NCBI GenBank assembly: GCA_963717505.1
Contig: OY970342.1
Coordinates: 1,408,001-1,472,000, forward strand
Source of the DNA: Candidatus Eiseniibacteriota bacterium
GTDB lineage: Bacteria; Eisenbacteria; RBG-16-71-46
Direction: 5' to 3'
DNA: 64,000 nt
The notes beneath the pieces were generated by a model, which had not been told where the DNA came from, made no database searches, and saw only the letters and a list, made by a program, of their open reading frames with translations. Positions 37,774-48,761 of the stretch are shown in pieces (within the stretch, counting starts at the first letter, position 1; every line of letters begins with the position of its first letter). A program made the translations under genes and the position numbers.

Positions 37774-38688
37774 CTAGCGCGAGAGCACGACCTTCTGTAC
37801 CCGCGGCGAGACTTCACCCGGGGCGATGAGGCGCGCGAAGTAGACCCCCGCCCGTGCCCGGCTCCCGTGCTCGTCACGCCCGTCCCAACGCGCCACCCCC
37901 GACCCCGCGGGCTGCTCGCCGCGGATCAGGCTGCGCACGCGCCGGCCCTGAGGATCGAAGATCGACAGGTCGGCGTCGCCCGCGATGGCGAGCGAGTAGC
38001 GAATCTGGCAGTCGTCACGCACAGGGTGCGGCGCCGGACGCGACAGCTCGGTGCCTGCCACCGGGCCATCGCCGACCGCGACGTTGACGTAGTCCATGCT
38101 GCCCGAGGTGGTGAAGATCCAATCGCCGATGGGGGAGCCGTCGCCGTCAGCCGAGTTGCCCGCGGCGAAGATGAGGACTTTGCCGGCGGCGTAGCCGGGC
38201 GAGCGCCATGTAACGGTCCATTCGACCGGTCCGGTACTGCCGGTATGCGTGCCACCGCTCGTGTGGGTGACGTACTGACGGGTCGCGTGCGCCGGCATCC
38301 CACCCGATCCCGCGGTCGTGATCTGGGCTCCGGCTCCGGGCGTGAGTGTGCCGTACCCCGTCCCGGAGTCGGCGCGCGCCGCGGTTAGCTGAAATCCCCA
38401 ACGCACAGGATCGGGCGGCAGGGGATCCCAGTTGTGCGTGACCCGCACGCGCAGCACGTAGTCGGTGTCGAGGTCGAACTGCGCCGGCAGGTCGAGGATC
38501 TCGACCGAGCCGCTCGGATCATTCAGCGTGGCGTCGTGGCAGAAGGTGCAATTCTGCTCGGCGACGACACTGCCGACCGCCGGGGCGCCGGTAGCACCGC
38601 GCGGCGCGCCGGTGCTGCGCGCGATCGCCGCCGAAGCGCCCAGGGTGAGGGTGGCGATGACCGCAAACCGGACGAGATGGCGCCTCAT
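37774..38688 (-). CDS. Secreted Reeler/choice-of-anchor-V-like protein with CxxCH and FlgD-Ig C-terminal domain
   Basis: Signal peptide from ATG 38688, TGAP...NCTFCH, WGFQL, WTVTWRSP, C-terminal DPQGRRVRSL...WDGRD...AGVYF. Confidence 0.75.
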   Translation of the reverse strand: MRRHLVRFAVIATLTLGASAAIARSTGAPRGATGAPAVGSVVAEQNCTFCHDATLNDPSGSVEILDLPAQFDLDTDYVLRVRVTHNWDPLPPDPVRWGFQLTAARADSGTGYGTLTPGAGAQITTAGSGGMPAHATRQYVTHTSGGTHTGSTGPVEWTVTWRSPGYAAGKVLIFAAGNSADGDGSPIGDWIFTTSGSMDYVNVAVGDGPVAGTELSRPAPHPVRDDCQIRYSLAIAGDADLSIFDPQGRRVRSLIRGEQPAGSGVARWDGRDEHGSRARAGVYFARLIAPGEVSPRVQKVVLSR

Positions 38689-38889
38689 GGGAGTCGGGTC
38701 CTTTGGGTGGTCGGGTTGGCTGCCGAGGCGGTGTGTCGAAAAGGGCCGAATAACGATACTGGATTCGCCTCCGGGAATCCCGAGGAAAATCCTGGTCGGC
38801 ACGCGCCGCCGCCCGTCGCGGTCCGTCCAGGTTCGGCGCGGCTCCTCGGCTTGGGAGGCCCTTGGGGCGTCGCTATACTCCCGCGTCCC

Positions 38890-39987
38890 ATGACCCACCT
38901 CGCACGACTCGCCCTGCGCGACCCGACCGTGGCCCGCGCCCGAGACCAGCTCCTCGCAGGCGAGCACCTGTCCCAGGAGGACGGCGTTCGGCTGTTCGAC
39001 GCCCCGCTCATGGAGCTGGGCCGACTGGCCGACGCCTTCGCCCGCGACCGGCACGGCGACCGCGTCTACTTCACGGTCAACCGGCAGCTGAACCCGACCA
39101 ACGTCTGCGTGCTGGCCTGCAAGTTCTGCGACTACGCCAAGAAGCCCGGAGGCGAGGGCGCGTACACCATGACGCGCGCGCAGATCGAGGCGCACGTCGA
39201 TCCCGAGATCAACGAGATCCACATCGTCGGCGGTCTCCACAACAAGTGGCGCTTCGACGATTATCTCAACGTGATCCGCTGGGTGAAGGCGAAGAAGCCC
39301 GATCTTTCGGTCAAGGCCTACACCGCGGTCGAGATCGATTTCTTCTGCCGCCTCACCAAGCAGCCCGCCGAATGGGTGCTGAGCGAGCTGAAAGCCGCCG
39401 GCCTGGACGCGATGCCCGGCGGCGGCGCCGAGGTGTTCAGCGAACGCGTGCGCCGCGAGCTGTTCCACCAGAAGATCGGCGCCAATCGCTGGCTCGAGAT
39501 CCACGAGATCGCGCACCGCCTGGGCATTCCCTCGAACAGCACGATGCTCTACGGCCATATCGAGACGCGCGCCGAGCGCGTGCAGCACATGATCCTGCTG
39601 CGCGAGCTGGAGTCGCGCGCCCCCGGATTCTTCGCATTCATTCCGTTGGCGTTTCAACCTGGAGTCACCGGGATCGTGCGCCGACAGGCTTCCGCGGTCG
39701 AGGACCTGAAGACGCTCGCGGTGTCACGCCTGGTGTTCGACAACGTGCCGCACGTCAAGAGCTATTGGGTGATGCTCGGCCAGGACACCGCTGGATTGGG
39801 GCTGAGTTTTGGCGCCAGCGACCTCGACGGCACGATCGGCGTCGAGAAGATCGCGCACGCGGCACTGGCGCGGAGCCCGGTCGGCATGGCCGAGGAGGCG
39901 ATGGTGCAGACGATCCGCGAGGCGGGGAAGACGCCGGTCAAGCGGGATGCCTTGTACCGGGTGGTCGCCGAGGTGATGACGTCTTGA
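38890..39987 (+). CDS. mqnE: Aminofutalosine synthase MqnE (CofH-like radical SAM)
   Basis: NPTNVCVLACKFC, EIHIVGG, KAYTAVEI, PGGGAE, FIPLAFQ, HVKSYW, FGASDLDGT. Confidence 0.9.
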   Translation: MTHLARLALRDPTVARARDQLLAGEHLSQEDGVRLFDAPLMELGRLADAFARDRHGDRVYFTVNRQLNPTNVCVLACKFCDYAKKPGGEGAYTMTRAQIEAHVDPEINEIHIVGGLHNKWRFDDYLNVIRWVKAKKPDLSVKAYTAVEIDFFCRLTKQPAEWVLSELKAAGLDAMPGGGAEVFSERVRRELFHQKIGANRWLEIHEIAHRLGIPSNSTMLYGHIETRAERVQHMILLRELESRAPGFFAFIPLAFQPGVTGIVRRQASAVEDLKTLAVSRLVFDNVPHVKSYWVMLGQDTAGLGLSFGASDLDGTIGVEKIAHAALARSPVGMAEEAMVQTIREAGKTPVKRDALYRVVAEVMTS

Positions 39988-40183
39988 GAAAAGGACCTCC
40001 GCCGCCTAAGTAGAGGCGGGGTTCCCCGGCCGACACCCTGATCGGCCGCCCATAGATCCCCTCTTCATGTCCGGAACGACCGCCGCACTGCGTTAGACCT
40101 TATGGGCGCCGCCGAGGTGCCTCCGAGGTCCCAGGCACCACCGCCCCGGGGCTCGTGAACGACCAGTGCCCCGGAGGTCTTCC

Positions 40184-40732
40184 ATGTTGTTCCCACTGCG
40201 CGTCCGCCGGGACGCCCTACCGAAGCCCGCCCTGGTAGGTGCAGCCGGCACCCTCTGCGCGCTCGCAGCGCTCGTACTCGTCCCCCTGGCGGCAGGGGAC
40301 ACTCCGATCAGCACGGATGCCGCCACGAAGGTCCGGCACGAGGGCCCAGCCGAGTTCACGGCGCCGGCGGCACCGCCTTCGGCGGCGCAGCGCGCGCAGC
40401 TCGACGCCAAGCGCGCGATGGTCGAGCGCATGACCCCGCACGCCTCGGCGTCTCCCGCGGCCAAGGCGGTCGAAGTCATGACGGTGGTTCCCGGGGCCGA
40501 AGGCGCGGCCCCGCTCAAGCCTTTCCTGGAGAGTGCTCCCGCCGGATCGAGAGGGATGGCCGCGCCGCGCATCGAGACCTTCGATATCGCGCCCTACCTG
40601 AGCTGGTGGGGATGCCGCGAGACGGGTCTCTGCAAGAGCGGCGACTTCTCCCTGATCGGCACCGAGCGCATCGAGACCAGCGCCGTTCCGACCCGAGTGC
40701 TCAGGAGCTCAGGACCTGGGAGGCAGCCATGA
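40184..40732 (+). CDS. Hypothetical exported protein
   Basis: GGAGG RBS, N-terminal hydrophobic segment, ATGA overlap with the next gene. Confidence 0.5.
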   Translation: MLFPLRVRRDALPKPALVGAAGTLCALAALVLVPLAAGDTPISTDAATKVRHEGPAEFTAPAAPPSAAQRAQLDAKRAMVERMTPHASASPAAKAVEVMTVVPGAEGAAPLKPFLESAPAGSRGMAAPRIETFDIAPYLSWWGCRETGLCKSGDFSLIGTERIETSAVPTRVLRSSGPGRQP

Positions 40733-43131
40733 ACTCGCGCCGCTTCCTGCACCGGCGCGGAGACTGGGGAGCCCTGCTCCCGGCCGCACTGGCCGTCGCT
40801 CTACTGACCCTTCCGCGGACGGTGGCAGCCTTCTGCTGGGGTCCCACCGTGATGAATCCGGACATCCCGACGTTTCCCGTGATTCCGGACCGTGGTTACT
40901 ACTTCGATCAGCAAACATCCTTCTGGTCCGTTTTCGCGGCGATGCCGTTCGAAGAGACCGACGACGGTGACATCGAACTCTACTCGTACCAGGACTTGTC
41001 CGGGACCCAGCCCTATTGCCTCAACGGCTACATTACGAATTCTCAGAATGGAGCGGGCCGCACGGACTTCATCATCGGCGACTTCAACTTCAACAGCCTC
41101 GGGGGTTACTACCCTCGCGTCTTCTGCTACAGCGGGGCGTGCAACGACAATGTGGACCAGTGGAATGGGACCGTGTGGCGCCCCGGCGAGTTCATGTTCG
41201 TCGACTTTCCGCCCACCACCGTTTCATTTGGCGGAGGCAATCCCGTTCCCGGCGACCGGATCATCAAGGTGTGGGACGTATTCCTGAGCGTCGGCACCAC
41301 GTACAACTTCCGTTTCACGAGCACCATGGGCACCGACGCCAAGATGCTGCTGTTCCGGAACACGGTCGCCGGAACCTACTTTGCGGGCCGAAACTCGGCC
41401 GAGTTCGAGGTGACCGGCTGCACCAACTACACCGCGCTCTCGACCGGATACTACGGGCTGGTCGTGGTGCTCGATCGCTGGACTACCGGCAGCTACACGG
41501 TCGGCGTCACCACGCTGCCGTCGTGCGCGTGCGCTGACTCGCTCGCCCCGGACACCCCGGTCACCGCGGTGCCGAGCTTCGGTGAGGAGCGGCGTCACAT
41601 CACGCCGCGCTTCTACTACTGGAACGTGGTCGGGATTCGCGCACCGGTCGGGCACGATTGGGATCTCGAGATCGGCGACGGCAACGCAGGTGGCGACGGG
41701 CCGGGCTGCCAGGCCAACGTGCTCGCCAGCTCGACCTCCGGGTTCGGCGCCGACATCGTGGTCGCCGACTTCAATCACGTCGCGCCGGGCGACCTCGCGG
41801 TGCGCGCCTACCGCTACAGCGGCTACTGGGGCCCCTCGATCGAGTGGGATACCGGATCGGCCGCCTACGATCAGACCCTGTTTGCGAACGGCCCGCAGGT
41901 CGCCGAGGCGTGGAGCGCGAACGACGTGGTCAAGATCTGGGACGTGGGAATGACATCGGCGCAGACGTACACCTTCCAGTTCTACAACCCGGGTGGCAAC
42001 TTCCGCGTGCTTCTGTTCCGCAATCCGTCGAATGGCGCTTACTACGCGGGCGGCACCCAGGCGGTCGTCAACACCACTGGGGACTTCAGCTACACGGCGC
42101 CGACAACCGGATACTACGGAGTCGTCGTGCTCAAGAACGACGACAACCCCGGGACGTTCGCGCTCAGGGTCGGGACGTGCGCGACGCCGGCGACGTTCAC
42201 CGCCATGACCCCGCAAGTTGCGGGCAACGTAATCAACTACGCCCAAATCGCGCCGACCACAGGGTCGTGGACCGTGGCGGGCATACGTTGCGTCAGCGCC
42301 GACTGGGACATCTTCCAGTACGGCAACGCTCCGGGTTCGTGGCCCGACTGCTTCTCGCCGATGGGAGCCGCATCGGAGGCGTCGTCGGGAGTGGACTTCG
42401 TGGTCGGAGACTTCCATTACAACTCTCCCGGTACCTACAACCTGCGCCTGAAACAGTTCAGCGGCGGCTTCCCCGAGTTCGCGCTCGCGATGTGGACCGG
42501 AGAGGCGATGAAGCTGGGAGTGAATCAGCCGGCGGCGGAGGACACCATGCCCTGGACCCACCCGCTGCACGCGTGGGAGGCGTACCTGGTCGACGGCGCC
42601 CCCTACGAGCTGCGGCTCACGCAGCCGGCCGGCGGCGCGCTCAAGGCCTTCGTGTTCCAGAACCCGACTTCGGGCCCGTACTGGGCGCCGAGGAGCGCGC
42701 GCATGATCGAGACATCGACCACCGGCTCGTTCGTCGCTCCAAACCGGGGCTGGTACGGGATCGTGGTCACCAACGAAATGGAGCTGGACACGCCCTACAC
42801 GTTGCAACTCGTCACCGTGCCGACCGCCGTGGACGAGACGAAGCCGCACTACGAGACGGCCCTGGCCGGGTCGTTCCCGAACCCGGCGCGTTCCGATTTC
42901 TCCTTGCACTACACGCTGGCACAGTCTGCCCACGTCGCGATCGAGATCCTGGATCTCGCCGGCCGGCGCGTGGCCGACATCGACGAGGGCGAGCGTGGCG
43001 CCGGGGAGTGGAGCGTTTCAGTGCGCCGCCGGCGTGACGACGGAACGCGGCTGCCTGCCGGGGTCTACTTCGCCCGCCTACAAGTGGACGGCAAAATCGC
43101 GGCAATGCGCAAAGTCAGCCTGGTGGACTAG
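40729..43131 (+). CDS. Large secreted protein with three internal repeats and FlgD-Ig/T9SS-like C-terminal domain
   Basis: RRFL signal; three copies of D-x-(I/V)-x-x-DF, WDV/WEA, LFRN/VFQN and GYYG/GWYG motifs; C-terminal PNPAR...DLAGRRV...AGVYF. Confidence 0.8.
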   Translation: MNSRRFLHRRGDWGALLPAALAVALLTLPRTVAAFCWGPTVMNPDIPTFPVIPDRGYYFDQQTSFWSVFAAMPFEETDDGDIELYSYQDLSGTQPYCLNGYITNSQNGAGRTDFIIGDFNFNSLGGYYPRVFCYSGACNDNVDQWNGTVWRPGEFMFVDFPPTTVSFGGGNPVPGDRIIKVWDVFLSVGTTYNFRFTSTMGTDAKMLLFRNTVAGTYFAGRNSAEFEVTGCTNYTALSTGYYGLVVVLDRWTTGSYTVGVTTLPSCACADSLAPDTPVTAVPSFGEERRHITPRFYYWNVVGIRAPVGHDWDLEIGDGNAGGDGPGCQANVLASSTSGFGADIVVADFNHVAPGDLAVRAYRYSGYWGPSIEWDTGSAAYDQTLFANGPQVAEAWSANDVVKIWDVGMTSAQTYTFQFYNPGGNFRVLLFRNPSNGAYYAGGTQAVVNTTGDFSYTAPTTGYYGVVVLKNDDNPGTFALRVGTCATPATFTAMTPQVAGNVINYAQIAPTTGSWTVAGIRCVSADWDIFQYGNAPGSWPDCFSPMGAASEASSGVDFVVGDFHYNSPGTYNLRLKQFSGGFPEFALAMWTGEAMKLGVNQPAAEDTMPWTHPLHAWEAYLVDGAPYELRLTQPAGGALKAFVFQNPTSGPYWAPRSARMIETSTTGSFVAPNRGWYGIVVTNEMELDTPYTLQLVTVPTAVDETKPHYETALAGSFPNPARSDFSLHYTLAQSAHVAIEILDLAGRRVADIDEGERGAGEWSVSVRRRRDDGTRLPAGVYFARLQVDGKIAAMRKVSLVD

Positions 43132-43222
43132 CCGCTCCGGCCGCTGCTTCCTGCTTGGCTGCCTCCCAGCAAAGTGTAAAGATGGCCCGGATCCTTACCG
43201 CCTTGGACGGATGGAGACGGGC

Positions 43223-43648
<426 letters not shown>

Positions 43649-43659
43649 GAGGAGGCAAC

Positions 43660-44061
43660 ATGGCACACCAGCACACCCCCGGATTCCTGGCGATTGTTGC
43701 CGACGCGAAGAGGCGCATTCGCGAGTTCTCGATCGACGAGTATCGCGCCCGCGTCGCGCAGGGCGAGAAGTTCGTGCTGGTCGACGTGCGCGAGGATCAC
43801 GAATGGGAGGACGGCCACCTGCCGGGCGCGACCCACCTGAGCAAGGGCGTGATCGAGCGGGACGTCGAGAAGACCATCCCTGACAAAGAAACGCCGATCG
43901 TGTGCTACTGCGGCGGTGGATTTCGCTCGGCCCTCGCCTGCGACAACCTTCAGAAAATGGGCTACAAGAATGTGACTTCGCTCGACGGCGGCTTCCGCGG
44001 CTGGTCGGGCAAGGGCCTGCCGGTGGTCGACGAGGCCGGCGAGAAAACTCCGCGCGGGTGA
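43660..44061 (+). CDS. Rhodanese-like sulfurtransferase
   Basis: DVREDHEW..GHLPGA, CYCGGGFRSAL, SLDGGF. Confidence 0.9.
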   Translation: MAHQHTPGFLAIVADAKRRIREFSIDEYRARVAQGEKFVLVDVREDHEWEDGHLPGATHLSKGVIERDVEKTIPDKETPIVCYCGGGFRSALACDNLQKMGYKNVTSLDGGFRGWSGKGLPVVDEAGEKTPRG

Positions 44062-45285
44062 CCGCCGGCTTCGATCTCGCTCCCGGTTTTCGCGCGGCCG
44101 CAACCGCATGTGGGCTCAAGCCCAGCGGCCGGCCCGATCTCGCGCTGATCGTCGCCGATGGGCCGTGCTCCGCCGCCGGCGTGTTCACCACCAACCGCGT
44201 GAAGGCTGCCCCGGTGCTCTACGACCAGCGCGTGCTCGCGCGTGGTGCCAGCGACATTCGCGCGCTGATCGCCAACGCCGGGTGCGCGAACGCGTGCACG
44301 GGTGCAGACGGTGCCAACGACGCGGCGGCGATGGCGGGACTCGCAGCGCAGGCGATGGGCTGCATGCCGGAACAGGTGCTCGTGCTTTCGACCGGCGTGA
44401 TCGGCGTGCGACTCGATCTCGAAAAGGTCGAACTCGGAGTCGCAACGCTGGCGGCGAGCCTCGGCGCACCGGATGCGGAGGGTGCTGCCGCTCCACAGCG
44501 CCGAGGCGGTATCACGCGCGATCCTCACCACCGACACGCGGCCCAAGGTCGCGACCGCCCAGTTCAGTGCGGGCGGCCGGAACGTGACCGTCAGCGGCTT
44601 CGCCAAAGGCGCTGGCATGATCCATCCGAACATGGCGACCATGCTCGCGGTGATCACCACCGACGCACGTATCGCCGCCGACCTGCTGGGCGGAGCACTG
44701 GCGTCCGCGGTCCGCCACAGTTTCAACCGGATCAGCGTCGACGGCGACATGAGCACCAACGACACGGTACTGGTGCTGGCGTCGGGCGTTTCGGGCATCA
44801 CCGTCGAGGCCGCGCAGCTCGCGAAGTTCACGACCGCGCTCACCGAAGTCTGCGCGTCACTGGCCCGCCAGATCGCGCGCGACGGCGAGGGAGCGACCCG
44901 ACTGGTCGAGATCCGGGTCACCGGCTCGCCCGACGAGGATCACGCGCATGCCGTGGGCAATCGCATCGCCTGCTCGCCGTTGGTCAAGTCGGCGATTCAC
45001 GGTGGCGACCCCAATTGGGGACGGATTCTGGCGGCCGCGGGCTCGGCCGGCGTCGAGATCGATCCCGACCGGATTTCGCTGTGGGTCGGGGCCGGCGATG
45101 GCGCGGTGCGGCTCGCCGAGCGCGGTATGCGCTCCAACTACGAAGAGCGATTGGCCGCGGAACGTTTGCGCGAGGACCCCGTCCGTCTGAAGCTCGATCT
45201 TGGGCTCGGCACGTCCGAGGCGACGGTATGGACCTGCGACCTGAGCGAGGAGTACGTGGCGATCAACGCCGAGTACACGACATGA
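44058..45285 (+). CDS. argJ: Ornithine acetyltransferase ArgJ, frameshifted at about 44460-44495
   Basis: GVFTTNRVKAAPV, NAGCANACTG and STGVIG in one frame; LTTDT, KGAGMIHPNMATML, DGDMSTND, DGEGAT and NAEYTT in the +1 frame. Confidence 0.88.
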
Positions 45286-47135
45286 GTAATCTTCTTTCTC
45301 CGCGCTCATTGTTGCACCGGCGCTCATCCCTGCTCTTGGTCTGCGTCTTGTCATTCGCTTGCCAGCCCTCAGGGACTCGGACGGACTCGAACACCCCACA
45401 TCAGCCCAGCGGACGGGAGCCTGGCGTCTGGGGGCTCGCGGAGTCGCAGCCGATCATCGACAAGACTCAGCCGTTACGCCTCGACCCCGATCTCTCGCCG
45501 TTGTCCGAGGCCGAATCCTCGGCGGTCGCCCAACTGCTCGCCGCGGGTCGGATCATGGAGAACATCTACCAAGACGAGCGGCACCATCAGGCGGTGCGAG
45601 CTCGTCGCCACCTTGCGCAACTGGCACGACGCCAGCCCTCGGACAGCTCCGCGCGCAATCTGGTCGAGCTCTACGAAGTGTCGAGTGGTCCGATCGCGAC
45701 CACGCTCGACAACCAGCGACTGCCGTTCTTGGCGGTCGATTCGCTCGTCCCCGGAAAGAACTTCTATCCGTGGGGCGTCAGCAAAGCCGAGATCGACAGC
45801 TTCCTCGCCCGCCATCCGGATCGCCGCGAGACTCTGCTCGATCCGCGCACCGTCGTGCGCCGGGCCGACGCCGCCACGGTACGCGCGGACTTGGCCGCGC
45901 TGTCGAGACACCCTGCGCTCGCGACGCTTCACCTGAGCCTCGCGGGCGAGCTACGAGCACTCGAGCGCTCACCGAACCCGCAGGGTTTCTACGCGGTGCC
46001 CTACGCGGTGGCCCACGCGGACTCCCTGATGCGTGTCTACGAGCTGCTGAATGGGGCCGCGGCGGCAGTTGAAGCGTCCGATCGGCCCTTCGCGCGTTAC
46101 CTGCGCCTTCGCGCTCGCGATCTGCTGGCCAACGACTACGAATCGGGCGACGCCGCATGGGTCACCAGTCGCTTCGGCAGGCTCAATGCGCAAATCGGCG
46201 CCTACGAAACGTATGACGACGAGTTGTACGGCGTGAAAGCCGGACACTCTCTGAGCCTCTTGCTGACAGATTCTCTTCGCACAGCTCAAGTGCGCAGCGC
46301 CATTCAGGGGCTTCAGAGTCTCGAGAACTCGTTACCGTATTCGCCACACAAGAAGGTCATTGAAGACATCCCGATCGGCGTCTACGACGTGATCGCCGAC
46401 TTCGGCCAGGCGCGCGGCACCAACACGGCGAGCATCCTGCCCAACGATGCCGATCTCGCGCGGCGCTACGGCCGCATCATCCTCATGCGCCGGAACATCC
46501 TCACGCATCCGGACCAAGTGGCGGCGGCACGTACGTCGTTCCAGGCCACGGTTCAGCCCGCCCACCACGGCGACCTCGACGCGGAAGGCAGTTTCCAGCG
46601 CGTTCTGTGGCACGAGATCGGCCATTACCTGGGCCCCGACCAGACCCGCGAGGGCCGCACGCTCGACCTGGCGCTCGAAGAAGAGGCGAGCACATTCGAA
46701 GAGATGAAGGCCGACCTGGTGTCCTTGTTCGTCGCGAAAGAGCTGTGGCAACGTGGCTACTACGACGATTCAGGTCTGCGCAGCGTCTATGCCAGCGGCG
46801 TGCTAAGGATGTTACAGAAGAACCGACCGCGTCCCGACCAGAGCTATGGGGTCATGCAGCTCATGCAGCTCAATTGGTTCCTGGAGCGGGGAGTGCTGGC
46901 GTACGACCCGGTCTCGGAAACCCTCTCGATTCACTACGACCGCTATCACGACACGGTCGCTTCGTTGATCGAGCAAGTGTTGGGCCTTCAGTACGCGGGC
47001 GACCTGAACGCCGCGCGTCAGTTCATCGCCCGCTGGACGGCGTGGGACAAGCGTCACGAGTCGCTGGCCGAGGCGATGCGGGCGGCCGAGACCAGCCGGT
47101 TCCGGCGCATGCAGTACGCCGCACTCGGCGAGTAG
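45282..47135 (+). CDS. Peptidase M49-like (dipeptidyl-peptidase III-related) lipoprotein
   Basis: Lipobox LSFAC, GKNFYP, YETYDDEL, LPND, HEIGH zinc motif, EEMKAD. Confidence 0.8.
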   Translation: MSNLLSPRSLLHRRSSLLLVCVLSFACQPSGTRTDSNTPHQPSGREPGVWGLAESQPIIDKTQPLRLDPDLSPLSEAESSAVAQLLAAGRIMENIYQDERHHQAVRARRHLAQLARRQPSDSSARNLVELYEVSSGPIATTLDNQRLPFLAVDSLVPGKNFYPWGVSKAEIDSFLARHPDRRETLLDPRTVVRRADAATVRADLAALSRHPALATLHLSLAGELRALERSPNPQGFYAVPYAVAHADSLMRVYELLNGAAAAVEASDRPFARYLRLRARDLLANDYESGDAAWVTSRFGRLNAQIGAYETYDDELYGVKAGHSLSLLLTDSLRTAQVRSAIQGLQSLENSLPYSPHKKVIEDIPIGVYDVIADFGQARGTNTASILPNDADLARRYGRIILMRRNILTHPDQVAAARTSFQATVQPAHHGDLDAEGSFQRVLWHEIGHYLGPDQTREGRTLDLALEEEASTFEEMKADLVSLFVAKELWQRGYYDDSGLRSVYASGVLRMLQKNRPRPDQSYGVMQLMQLNWFLERGVLAYDPVSETLSIHYDRYHDTVASLIEQVLGLQYAGDLNAARQFIARWTAWDKRHESLAEAMRAAETSRFRRMQYAALGE

Positions 47136-47250
47136 ATCCCAGTGTACGGAGGCGAAGAACAGCCGATACCAGAATCGGCCACCGACATCCGCCTGAGCTT
47201 GATTCAAGGAGCTTTGCTTGCGACCAGATTGGCGAGCGCTTCGCAGGCCC

Positions 47251-47862
47251 ATGGGTGTGCTCGTCGCCGGCCTGCTCGTCCTGACGAGCATCGCCCGGGC
47301 GACGCCGGAAGCCGCAACGTGGCGGCGCCAAACGCTCGTGGGCCAGAACCCTGAATACTTCTTTCGCTACGTAGCGGAGAGCGTCCACCCGGGGTCCTAC
47401 TACACCTATTCGCGGACTCTTAGGCTGGAGAAGGTCCAGAAATCGGACCTCAAGATCGTCGAGAGCTTCGTGCTCAGGGACGTCACCTACTCGCAGGACT
47501 TTGACACGAATCTCTGGTCGGAAGCTTCCGGCCCGGTTGATTCCCTCGATTTGCCGAGGTACTTGACCGTCAACCAAGTGGCCCTCGCCTTCGCTGAAGA
47601 CCTCTTTCGGGTCAGGTCCTTTGCAATCGACTCTGCCGGGGTTTGGGAGGTATTTGAGGACGGCCGAATCCAGTTGGCTACTCGGCGCGAACTCGATCGC
47701 CAGATCCCCATGCTTGATGAGGACCCACGAGTGGCGGGAATCGAGATGACGGGGGGCATCCTGAGCGAGAATTTCTACCTTCGCATCGAATCCGGATCCA
47801 CCGCGTGGGACATGAATTGGGCGGAGGACCTGCTGCTGGTCCAAGGCGTGCAGCTGCGCTAG
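47251..47862 (+). CDS. Hypothetical exported protein
   Basis: Signal-like N-terminus and natural amino-acid composition; fills the gap between neighbours. Confidence 0.6.
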   Translation: MGVLVAGLLVLTSIARATPEAATWRRQTLVGQNPEYFFRYVAESVHPGSYYTYSRTLRLEKVQKSDLKIVESFVLRDVTYSQDFDTNLWSEASGPVDSLDLPRYLTVNQVALAFAEDLFRVRSFAIDSAGVWEVFEDGRIQLATRRELDRQIPMLDEDPRVAGIEMTGGILSENFYLRIESGSTAWDMNWAEDLLLVQGVQLR

Positions 47863-48588
47863 TCAGTTCAGCATGTACTCCACAGTGCTGACCACGCGCA
47901 GCGTCTTCTCGATCTGATTCTGCTCGGAGATCCCCGGGGCGCGGTCGCGCGCCAGGATTTCGAATATCCCCTGAGACGCGCGCCGGATCCCGCCAACCTT
48001 GGCTTTCGACTCGCGAGCGAACTGCTCGGCGGCGACCCGCGCATTGACGTTGGCCTCGGTCAACATCTCGGGCTTGAGATCGTTGAGACGCGTGAACAAG
48101 TACGTGGGCCCCGAAGCGCCATACTCCTGGCCTGCCGACAACACGACACCGCGCCGCACCAGCTCGTCGATACTCTGACCTGCCTGGCGCAAGGCATCGA
48201 CGTCGTTGGTGCGCACGATCAGGCCCATCTTCACGACATATCGGTTGGGTGGCGTGGGACCGCCATAGGGATTCGCCCGGGTATCGGTCACGTTCAAAGA
48301 GTTCAGCGAGATCGCGGTCGAGTCGATTCCAAAGCGAGCCAGGAACCGAGTCGTCGCCCGACGATCCGACTCGACCTTGGTCTGGGCGAGGCTCAGATCG
48401 TTATCGGCGGCAGTGAAGCTGATCGGCCACAGACCGACGTCGGCTTTGACCTCGCGCTCGGCGACGCCCTTGACCGTCACGACTCGGTCGGCGAGGCGAA
48501 AGCGAATGAGGCCGCCGCCGACGGAAATGCCGGCGAACACGATGGCCAGCGACAAGACGAGCGTGCGTCCCATGGTGAATCCGTTCAT
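47863..48588 (-). CDS. SIMPL domain (DUF541) protein
   Basis: VTVKGVAEREVKAD, LNDLKPEML, AEQFA, GGIRRASQG, KTLRVVSTVEY. Confidence 0.88.
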   Translation of the reverse strand: MNGFTMGRTLVLSLAIVFAGISVGGGLIRFRLADRVVTVKGVAEREVKADVGLWPISFTAADNDLSLAQTKVESDRRATTRFLARFGIDSTAISLNSLNVTDTRANPYGGPTPPNRYVVKMGLIVRTNDVDALRQAGQSIDELVRRGVVLSAGQEYGASGPTYLFTRLNDLKPEMLTEANVNARVAAEQFARESKAKVGGIRRASQGIFEILARDRAPGISEQNQIEKTLRVVSTVEYMLN

Positions 48589-48761
48589 GCTCAAGCCCTC
48601 CCTCACGAGCGCAGTCTAGAACCCGCCGTGGAACCTCGCCAGCGTCGCGCTGACTCCTGCTCAGAGTGATCGCGGGACCCCCGATCGCGCCGAAACTCCG
48701 CGCAGCGGCCAACGATCGGTCTCTTGGGGCCACCGCTCACTCGGTGTAGATTCCCTGCCCC

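Noticed and set aside
39990-40183. Several short hairpins between mqnE and the next gene (possible riboswitch)
   Set aside because: No recognisable aptamer consensus; GC-rich stems are expected by chance
43902-47135. 1077-aa ArgJ-peptidase fusion ORF
   Set aside because: Artefact of the argJ frameshift; argJ ends at 45285 and the peptidase has its own ATG and lipoprotein signal at 45282
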